From contig OZ234493.1 in the NCBI GenBank assembly GCA_965153455.1, positions 15,738,213-15,802,212 of the forward strand: a stretch of 64,000 nt of DNA, given 5' to 3'. Positions 46,291-57,028 of the stretch are shown piece by piece (positions within the stretch are counted from its first letter, which is position 1; each line of letters opens with the position of its first letter). The notes beneath the pieces are model-generated. The model searched no databases and was not told the origin of the DNA. It saw only the letters and a program-made list of their open reading frames with translations. Source of the stretch: Sphagnum compactum (Eukaryota). The position numbers and the translations under genes were made by a program.

Positions 46291-49200
46291 AATGATAAAA
46301 GGATTACATCTATTAAACCTTTTTTGTTTTCTTATTAGTCCTTATCCAAAAGATAGTGGGACATTCTCCTTGTTTTGACTTGGCTAGTCCTGCAATTTCC
46401 ATTTCACCTCCTACAAGGCATATTCAATATGATGATCTAGATCCCCTTAGCCCCAACCTCCAACATGTTGGGGGTGTGTTATCTTGCTTTACAAGTGGTA
46501 CAAACTTGAATATTTTGTATTTTGCCCAACTCTTAAGAAAGTATGATAGGTTAAGGTACGTATGAACTGCATGTTTCTAGTTGCTAGAAGAAGTTATCAA
46601 TGCATAGAACTACTCAAAGTCATCCCAAACTAAATTCAAGTCTATTGTTTCTGTGAAGCCAGTAGGTGTGTATAACAAACTACGATTTCTTTGAGCTAAA
46701 TGATATCTGCCTCGCTTATGACTATTTAGATTGTATCTACAAACTATAGAACTTTACACCTAGCAATCATATAGAAACTTCTTGAACTTTTGGTTGTAAA
46801 GTTGATCAATTGCAACCTTTCCTAACTGCCCCTCTACATCCACCCTTGAATCTTGATTTCCTATATCATCTTTGATAACATTAGGATCTAAAGTTTGATG
46901 TTCAAGCTCTTGTAGCTCCTCTTTGGCTAGTCTAGTGTTTGTATTTTGCTGATGTATCTCTTGTGGCTCCTCTTTGGATACTCGAAGATGTTTTCTTTAT
47001 TCTTGTTGATATGTTAAGACTTGTGTTTCTGATCTACTCTTTACAACTCCTATGTTGCTTGGCCTTTGTTGGTCTAACCCATATGCTTTCAAAATGTTGA
47101 TGAAAGATTTGAAACTATCTTTTTCACAACTTGGAAGCTTTGACATGCTAAAAGAGTTTTGCTTATGAATTTGAAAGATAGAATTTTGTATCCAAACTTG
47201 CATCATAGCCTCGCAAATTTGGGCATGTTAATTTTGGCGGAATGGGATGTGCTTGGACTTGTGGGGAAATTGGAAGCATTTCCCCAAATAATGTGTAGAT
47301 GTTGTTTTTCCATTGGATTCTTGTAAATCTTAACCCTTGTTTATGGTAAGTTGTGTGCTATTTAACATGATCTACGCATCCCATCACCAAACTTGTTATG
47401 ATCATTTTACTATTCAATCCAATTGCCTATCACCAAACAATCATTTCCACACCAAACTTGGGGCCCTTGTAAAATTGAACCATTTTTTTCCATAACCAAA
47501 CATTAAAAGAACGCCCCATGTTCCCCCCTTGCATAATGAAAATCAACCCATGACCCATCACCAAACTAGTCCCTTGTAAAATTATTGAAAACTTTTACAA
47601 ATCTGCCCACCTAAACCCTAAATACTGAACACTAAAATTTGATGGCTGGCCACCAATATGAAATTCCCACAACAATTCTTTTCTCAGCCAAGCGTTTGGT
47701 AATGCTTTAAAGAGACAATGCCCATAAAAGTTTTTGTGTTCTAACACAGGCCAGCTGTTGCACTACATGGGTGCTTGGTGACCAGCCTCTGTTTGGTGAT
47801 GGGCCAGTTTACCCTATTAATTTGTGAGAAATAAGTTAAGATAAAATTTACCATAACTTATTTGTACTCGGCAGGTATATTCAGGTAACGGATATACCCA
47901 CACAACACTGGTACATACCTACCTACCTCTATTGATATCCCTACAGTAAATAGATTTTGCATCATATGGACTGTAAATATGATACCCTCTGTAGCAGAGA
48001 CAGGAAAATGAAGAACTCATGCACTGCATGAGTTCGGAAGACTGTGAGCTACTGAAAATTTAATAAGAAAACACTATTTGAAATGACATTCTAGCGATTG
48101 GTGTGGATCGACAGCTGCATGCACTCATCGAGACATGTCTACGTTTCAAAGTGATCAGGAAAGTTGTTATCTCAATTGTCCAGTTATCAGTGATCAGTTA
48201 TCCTTCAATGTGAAGGAACAGGTTTTTTGTCCATTATGAATTACATAGCCTGCAAGTAGATTAGTATGAGCAACATTTTTCTGACAGGATGCAAGAATTC
48301 AAGCTCTTACATCGGTATACATCTGTTTTGCTTTTACACAAAGTTATTTTATGTGCCAAAGCCCAAAATGATTAATGGAAAAAAAAGGAAAATGTCTCAA
48401 ACTGGAGAATTTAAATTTTGGACTTGTCCATAGACTGAAGAGAAAAATTATTACATGTTTTGAAACTCAAATTAATTTGTATCATTTGTTGATGATAAGA
48501 ACCAATAGTTATCATTATAATATTATATCCATACCTAGAGAGTCACTTTGACACCATATCACCAAACAGTTTATTAAAAATGATTTAAAGCTTCCAACCA
48601 AGTTCAAAAGGAGGCATGCTCTTTCCTAGGATTCATCTTTCAACTACCTAAACCTTAGCAGCACAAGAGTTTGGGCATAGAGGAGAAGTGAGGGACATAA
48701 ATTACAAGGTACATAGTACATACCATCGCGATTCTAAAGGACTTTCACTATTGTGAGTCTTTGATGAAAATTTTGAGAGATCATTATTTTTTAGCCTAAG
48801 TAAGTAATAATTAAGGACACAATAGAGACTTGGAAGGAGGCACCAAATCATGCTTGCCTAGCCCCATCGACTAACATTGGAAATGGGTCTTCAAGTGTGA
48901 AATTGTATGCATATCGTTGATGGGTTTGTTTATAAATTGTTAAAATTGTTGCCTTGCATTTTGAATTGGAATTTTTTTGATACATGCATAATGTAGAAAT
49001 GTTATTTTAACCTCAATCTAATGTTTTGAGGTGTAAGAGGGTTGTTTAGGAAATTAGTATTGCTATGAGGTTTTGAGTGTCTCCCACTACTTAGAACATT
49101 GGAACAAGTTCTATTCAATAGAAAATTGCTAAACCTATTCTAGATCATTCAACTCAATGGTATGAGTTTATGTTGTTTTCAGCTTGATTTTCTTAGTGTG

Positions 49201-49844
49201 ATAAAAGAACATGATAGATCTCAAATAATTGTGTACCTATGATATATATTTGGATAAAATGCTGAATGCTTTGCAAACACATCCCTATATATTTTTACAC
49301 AACCCAAAACTGAAGTTTTTCAAATGGGCATGTCCCACATACTTGGAATTTTTTGGGGGCACATGTCCAAAAATGAAAGTAGGTGTCTGTGTAAAAACAA
49401 CACAGATATAAGTTTTATGTACAACTACAACACAATGCAAACCAGTAGATCTGCAGATTTCAAAATTGACAAAACATGGTGAAGAATGCTTGCTGCTCCA
49501 TAGGGTAAATTCAAAAGAGAAACATGTTACAGAAAATTTGGTCTCAACTTATTTGCCACATGTTGTATCAAAATAATTACAAGCATATTTTAGAATCAAA
49601 ATTTAAATTTAGGATCAATTGTGGATTGACAGTTTTTAGAATATACATATTACGAGACATTGAACAAATATAAAAATGTGTCTTTTATTTCGTGGAGGCT
49701 GAATCCACCTTCCTATACCAATATGGTAGCAGGACCTCAATTATGCAGCATTCCCATGAGTTCCTCAGCAGTTCATTGGCCACAATGAACCAACAACACC
49801 GACCAGCGCACCATCCACCAGGGATGCCCTTGCATTTACAATAG

Positions 49845-50000
49845 TGCTCAGTATGTGACCCTGGAGAAATATTTCTCACATCCACGGTTTAGTCACTTAA
49901 GTTTTCCAACTGAAACTGGGACTGCTAATATTTTGGAGATTACTAATAGCAACCCATTTGGACCTATCAAACTATCTAGCCAATGAGAAACAGTCAATAA
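49845..50000. mobile_element. Partial relative of the Harbinger-like MITE family
   Basis: GTGCTCAGTATGTGACCCTGGAGAAATATTTCTCACATCC...ACTAATAGCAAC matches the 709-1092 / 29768-30143 family. Confidence 0.65.
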
Positions 50001-51175
50001 ATGCAATTTGATTGTGTTTATTAGACTATTCCAGGGCTCCTCCAGGTCTCTGAACGTGGTGCAGTGTTTTCCGAGGTCACAACAGTCTTCCAGCAAATCC
50101 ATAAGATTTTACTGCTGTACCTCATCCAAGATTTCCAGTGTAGGGTACACCATCTTGAGCACATGTGGAGATGTTCTTTTAGTTCTCATGAACCTCAACT
50201 GAGTCACTATCCAGTTTGACCTTAGTAAGGTGATGAAACCATGCCAAACTTTATAAAACGAAAGCACCCAAGAAAGGGAGAGAAAAAGAAACAAGGGGCA
50301 AGGACCAAAGTCCAGGCAAGCAACAACCCAAATGAGGCGGGCCACCAGGAGGAAAGGGAACCACTAAGAACTGAACCCTCCTTAGTAACCCATTTAGTAA
50401 AGGAGAGATCCTAGATAAGGTGGCCACCTTATATGTATCCTTCTCAACCATCACGCCTATGAGCTCCTTCTGACAGACTCACCAAGGGTTTACTTGGAGC
50501 AAGGATGGACGTTAGCCAACATGTAGTACATATTCTTCAGAGGGCAAGGGGAAGGGCGAAAGGGAGCACTCACTTTTGTGTAGGATAAGGGCTGGTCTTC
50601 AGGCCATTATTCCCGGTTTAGAGGTGCTGGGAACGAGGCCAGGAGCCAAAGCTCCACGGCACCCAGAAACTGTATTGAATGGCTGAAAGACTGCCCCTTG
50701 TCTTGCACAAAAATTATGGAGTTTTTTTTGCTTCTTTTTGCCATTTCTTCAAGATCTTTTTTCTTTCCGTGATTTCAAATTGAAGAGGGGACGACGACTT
50801 CTTTCAAAGCAAAAGATTTGTCCTCTGTGACGGAATCTAATTTCTCAAAAATATTCTCTCTGACAATAGACGTCAAGGAAAAAAAAATCCCAGGTCTTTC
50901 CGAAAATGTTTGGTTTTCAACTCTTTTAGTGAAACTCAATTGTTAGCAGCAGTACACACATATTCCCCCTTTGACGCACGCTCTTAAAGATGACCAAAAA
51001 GAATCTGAAACTTCAAGCCTGACAACAAAGGTGTCAAGTCGCAACCCAAAATAAAAGAAAAGATTAATGTTCTGGAGCACAGGAATATTAATCAAATTTA
51101 ACTTTCTAGTTTGCTAGACAGGCTCACCATTTATTAAAGGGCCTCTTTGTCTCTTTCCATTAGATAGCTTCCTCT

Positions 51176-51499
51176 GATCACAGCAACCTAATGGAAAGCC
51201 ATTGAAATGGAGCCCTACTCCTTGCTGCATGGAGAGGCACAAGTTCCATTGGAATGTTGCAATTGGGCTGGAAACAGTTAGGTAATTAGTAGTGTTAGGA
51301 ACATTTCATATATAGAGAACTTTCCAAAGAACCTAAAGAAAACAGATGTTTCTATGAAAAATGTCACATCTAGTGATTCGCAGCTCACACGGCTCTAGAC
51401 ATTTGGTCAATGCTTGACTTGTAGAAGTGGTCACTCTGAGCAAGTTACTAGATGGAACAAATGTAATGAAAAGCTATTGTTGAGGCAAAATCTGTGATC
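51176..51499 (+). mobile_element. ~324-bp MITE-like repeat with short GATCACAG TIRs
   Basis: Begins GATCACAG and ends CTGTGATC. Homologous copies lie at ~13889-14232 (+) and ~55686-56100 (-). Confidence 0.65.
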
Positions 51500-52242
51500 C
51501 CGGTGATCTAATGGAAAGAGGCCCTAATTGATGGATTAGGGCTAAAAGTGACATAAACCTAATACTAGTCAGAGCTTGTCCTGAAGGACCACCATGGCGG
51601 CACCACTGGTCCACCCGGGACCCTGATGGGCTTTCAACAGAAACGCAAGTCTTAATACTTGTGTTGGGCTGCCACTAGTCACAGATATGAAGATTCATAT
51701 AAATTACAATACAAAAAATTCTGTACTATGTTTGCAAACTTTTACAACTTCAGTAAAAATATTTAAAAGGTTAGGTTTCCAAATTGATGACAAAAGGATC
51801 GATGCCACTTTGAAGAAGAAGAAGAAGAAGCAGAAAGCCAAAGAAGAAGAAGAAGAAGAAGCATGGGCTTGGCGGGCGAGGAGTTGCAGCAGGAGCAGCA
51901 GCCAGTGGGGCCCGCAGTACAGGCGCGCTTTGCCTTGTCGCCAAGCCCTTTGACCCTGCAGTTGTGTGCTGCTCAGTACTGTCTGTGGACATTCTACTTC
52001 CGTATTTCAAGTCCCCAGTCACTCAAAGCTTTGCAAACATACATGCTCGTGTCGATTCCTGCAATAATCAGCAGCAGCAGCAGCAGTAGCAGCTCCTATG
52101 ACCAGTCGAGAGCAGCATTCGGATTTCTCCAGTTTTGTTAAAGTTGGTGGAGAAAACAGCAGCACTAGTAGCTAGCTAAGCTAGCTGTAGAACTGGAGAT
52201 TGATCAGTAGCTAGAGGGCACATTCAGAATCAATATTTCACA

Positions 52243-54753
52243 ATGGTCGCTAGATTTGGAGACATTCATCATCATGTGGCATTAAGCACTGACGCTCGAG
52301 CACACTTATATATTCCAATTATTGCAGAGACCCAACAGCGAGAGACTGTGATGAGCTCTAGTACTGATCATCAGTCGACGTTGTTGCAGCAGCCGCCCGC
52401 GTGGATGTGGAATCATCACTTGGGTAGTAGTACTGTTTGGAGCTCTAGTGCACTAGATGCACTAGGGAGCTGCAGGCTGCAAGCCGCGAGTGATGATGAT
52501 CGGAATCCAGACTATTCGGACATGGATTGGAAGAAGCAGCTTGAGTTTAGCGCCGACGTGCAGGAAGTAACAGCAGCAGTTCCTCGGCCTCCTGCAGCTC
52601 AGCCTGTTCTGCAGTTATATGGTAACGACCCACCAGACGATGGCGTCTGTAACTTGACATCGTTGGTGAAGAGTTGCAGTAAGGCGGCGGTAGTAGCAGC
52701 GGATCAGAACTGGTGTAGTGATCATGATCTGCGAATTGCAGCAGCTTCGAGGAGCTTCGTCCCTAGGTGCGCTGAGTTGATTCATGGCAGCTCGGCCCTA
52801 GGCGTGACGTTCTCGTCGATTACAGCAGCGGCAGCAGCAACAGCTGTAGCACCACCCAAGTCCAGCAGCTTGTTTGAGTTCGGCATCAGTACCACCGGCT
52901 CGACATGCAGTACTCCAAGTTTTTGTGTTGCAGGATCACGGCCGGTGACGGTCGTCGTCCCTGCGATGCCACCACCAAGGCATGATGAGCATGAGGTCGA
53001 AGCGGTCTCGACTGATCATGATCATGGCTTAGACTTAGTGTCGTTGTTCGACGGAGGACAACTGCATGACGCTAGCTGTCTCGACTCCGGCCCAGCGCCG
53101 GGCGTGGTCCAGGAATCCGATCACTCGAATCGCAGTGAATGCTTAAGCTTTGACGACAGCAGCAGCTTGTCAAAGCACGTCGATGGACCAGCCACTGCTT
53201 ACGTCGTGCAGTCAGTCGATCCTGGCAACATGTGGTCGACGATGCAACAAGCTCATGCTGCTCATGGCCAAAACGTCAGCTTCCTCGATTCTGGCAACTT
53301 CTGGATCATGCCACAAGCAGCTGCGACAATGATGTCCGATTATGATCATGAATCCGTGCAGCACAGCCCGATTCCTACATCGACTAGTTCTAACTCGCAT
53401 TTCTCAGAACTGCTTGTGCCTTTTCGCGGGATGCAGCATCCGGCCGCCAGTCAGGAAAATCTACCTTCTGCCGATTTTGGCAAAGAGGAATTGCGTCTCG
53501 CCAACTCCATGCCAAAACTGCATACTGCAGTCGTCGGGAACGGTGACTCGTCGAATACACAAGCTGCTAGTCGTACTCCGCGCTGGTGCAGTACTCAGCA
53601 AGTCGCATGGATAGATCGAACCATGCAGCAGCAGCAGCAGCAGCAGCAGTCTTCCGCACATGAAGGTATGGATTACAAAGCTCCAGCTGCTCTCTCATCA
53701 TCTGCACATCTCGTGGTAGCTAGCATCATCACCAGCTGCATCTAATGACTTCTTTCCAGAGAACCGGCCGGCGCCTTGATAAATCCTTCAGAAAAAAATA
53801 CGGAGAAAAAATATTTCTTACGTCTTTTGTTGCAGCATGCAGGACTCGCACCACCGCCAGATCAGGGACATACTCTTCTGCAGTACACGAAATCCCGGGG
53901 CCACGATACTGCAGCAGGGGTCGAGATTCTGGTGGGTGTTCCGGGATCGACTGTCTCCTCGACCAGCAGCAGAAAACGGCCGAATGATGAAGAACTAGTG
54001 GAGCAGATCACCTCTGGTGAAAGCTGCACCTTAGTCGATGAACCAGCTGGAGGCACTAGACTTACAGCAGCTGGATTCATGGCGACTAGTCCGATGAATC
54101 CTCAGCTATCCAAGCTCGCGGGAGCTGGTCTCGAGACGTTTGAAAGTGGTGCAGGGAGCTCATGTGTCAACGGATTTGGAAGGAAGTTTTTCGACGATCA
54201 GAGTACAGCAGTGACGACTGCGGCGCTACTCTACGGAGCAAAGATGGCTAGTCTACAACAAGGAGGGCACCTGCAGTATACCAACAACAGCTGCAACTCC
54301 CAAACCACCGCCGCCGCCGCCGCCACCTTGGATCTTTCAGACTCCGCGTCTGATCTGCATCTGAGTCCACTAGTGACTCGCGGAAACAAGATCCGGCGTA
54401 CTAGTACTACTCGTCATGGGACTGCAACCGATCCGCAGAGCATAGCGGCACGGACTAGGAGGGAGAAATTCAGCGATCGGATTCGCATACTGCAGACGCT
54501 TGTGCCCAACGGAGAGCGTCTGGACACGGTCTCCACGCTGGGTCAGACGTTGGAATACGTCCGGTTCCTGCAACACCAAGTGTGGGAGTTTTACAACCGG
54601 GGACGAAGCAATCCAGCTGCTGTCGATGCACATGATGAGGATCATGAACGACCAGATGCTGCTGCTGCTGCGGATCAGTCCTCCAAGAATATCATGCCTG
54701 AGAAATGGAAACAATTCAAGGAACACATCATAGCTGCACAGATTGTGGCTTAA
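52243..54753 (+). CDS. bHLH transcription factor, group VIII-like (RSL/HEC-related), 2 coding exons, ~741-777 aa
   Basis: Exon 1 runs from 52243 (or the ATG at 52351) to 53665, with donor GAAG|GTATGG. The acceptor CATGCAG| at 53842 joins in frame to exon 2 (53843-54753). The C-terminal bHLH reads [54 protein letters not shown]. The N-terminus is GC/CpG-rich and S/A/Q-rich. The start codon and splice sites are inferred. Confidence 0.9.
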
Positions 54754-55685
54754 GCACGTCCTCATGTTGCCGGTAACCAAAACAAAACAAAAAATGGTCG
54801 ATCTTCTTAAGACTTATTCCTATGAAAGTTTGGTTTCTTTTTGTTTTTTCTCCAACAAAAAATAATATGGTCGATCTTCTTATTCCTCTGAATCTTATGT
54901 TTTATTTCCCACAAGAAAATTGGCGTTTATATGGATTAACTAGCAGCAGCTTCATAGTTCAGTATTCCAGCTTCAATATTGTGCCATGCAGATCAAGTTG
55001 ATCAGCTCAGGTCGGACTAAGAATGTTCAGATCCAGCTCAGGCCGTGGAGGCGAGAATCTAGTTTCCAGCTACTTACAAATGACTACGCATGAAGTACCC
55101 ACCTGCATCTAGCTCCTGCAGATCTATCATATTTCTTTTGCATACATTTTCTGGATTTTTTATTTTTTTTCCTCGCAAGATGCTAAGTGTGTGACATATA
55201 TATATATATATATAGTTAGAGTACATGCGTATAATATAATTTGCACTAAGTTTGTGAACCAATGTGTGGAAGTGTTTCATAATTTTCATCTCACGAATTG
55301 AGATGGTTTCAAGTGTTTGATCATTTTCATATATTATGTACAAGTGGAGTGTTCTCTTGGAGGCGCTTATGTATGTATTGAATTGAAGTTTGGATGAACA
55401 ATCATTTTTAAATGGAAGGCGAGAAGAAAGGTAATTAGATCTTGTGCAGAAGGTGATATATCTGCATCTATCAACAACTTAGTGCCATGAACTTGTTGGA
55501 TTAGCCGTCTAGAGCTTCGACTGCACTAGCTCTGTGCTTCTGAGAAAAACCGCCATGAATTATATCACTCAGCTACAAAACAACAATTACCTAATATATT
55601 AGGTGTGAACCAGCTGTAAGCTTCTAGAATTTAGAATGATCAAGAGATATCGTGAGTACTCAGGATTTTTTTCCATTACATTCCT

Positions 55686-56100
55686 TCTCACAGACTCTAC
55701 CCCAATAGCACCTTTTCATTACATGTGTTCCATGTAGTTGTGCTCACAATCACCTCATAGTCACAGGTCAAGCATTGACCAAATGCAAAGGTGCGTGAGC
55801 TGTGAGTTAACCTTTGAATCATCACAAGTTGACGCTTGCCATCCTCTTTGTTGGAATCATATGTTCCTGGTAGTAGCTCTCTATAAAGTACCTTACATAT
55901 GAAATGTTTCCAACTTTCCTAACGCTAATACCCTAAAGATTTCCCACCAGTTGCAGCTCTCCAATGGAAAGAGAATGTCTATGCAGTAAGAAATACAGCT
56001 CCATTTCAATAGCCTCATTAGGCAAGTTGGAAAGTGCATGTGTATGCAATAAGAAATAGAGCTCCATTTCTCCATTTCAGTGGCTTTCCATCAGGCTGCC
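55686..56100 (-). mobile_element. Inverted copy of the GATCACAG MITE family, with an internal duplication
   Basis: CTTTTCATTACAT, TCAAGCATTGACCAAATG and GCTCCATTTCAAT / GGCTTTCCAT are reverse complements of motifs in 51176-51499. Confidence 0.7.
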
Positions 56101-56804
56101 AGTATCATGTAGTATTTCCTGTGTAACTGTGATCACAACAGCCTAATGGAAGGAGAGCTTAAGTCCAAACTACCAACAGGTGGTTGGAAATTCACCCTCT
56201 AAAGCTTTGACTGCACTAGCTATGCTTTGAGAAAAACCACGATACCACTCAGCTTGTACCGAACAACAATCACCTATATAAAGTGTGACCCAACTGCATA
56301 TGCTTGTAGAAAGAATGATTAGGAGAAAAATTCGGTCACCATCTTCACTGTCTGATTCTTTTGTCATGACGAGTCTGCAGTCATGAGCAGGGGTGCAGCT
56401 TGCAGATCATTCATTAATCATCCTTCTTCTTGGAGTTTCTAAGCACTTGTATCATGTATGCAGCAGCCACCCAGCACCAGCTGCTGTTGAATTACAAGAT
56501 GAATTATCACTACCACTGTTCTAGTATCGTGCTGATCTTCTTTGATTGTAAGCTCCCACACTTCTAAATTGCATAATTTGCAGTTAAAATGGGGGGACTT
56601 GAAATTAATCTTGGAGCTCTGCAAATTTCTTAACACACAAAAAGCAGCTGCTGTCACAACAAGAAGTTCATGGCAGTGTGTAAAACAGTGTATATGTGAA
56701 AATGTGCAACATACAAATCAATGCACATACTTAACACATTACATTACATTTTGTAGAATACTGTTCTACATGACCATCTGATATTCTTCTTGTAGGAGAA
56801 CCTG

Positions 56805-57028
56805 GGCTCCAGTTTGGGACCCCTTTTAAGGGCTCCAATTGGGTCCCTTCCTAAGGGCTCCAATTGGATCTGTTCCTATTGACTCCAAATGGGTGTAAGT
56901 CAGTCCGACACTTAGACAAAGTTTTCCATGAACCACTTCTAAGGGCTCCAATTGGATCTGTTCCCATTGACTCCAAATGGGTCTAAGTTGGTCTGACACT
57001 TAGACAAAGTTTTCCATGAACCACTTCA
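56805..57028. repeat. Nested tandem repeat: short GGGCTCCAATTGG units plus an ~88-bp duplication
   Basis: TAAGGGCTCCAATTGGATCTGTTCC...GACACTTAGACAAAGTTTTCCATGAACCACTTC occurs at ~56852 and ~56940. Confidence 0.85.

Noticed and set aside
54370..54780. 136-aa antisense ORF over the bHLH domain
   Set aside because: Expected shadow ORF of a GC-rich coding exon with no recognisable motif.
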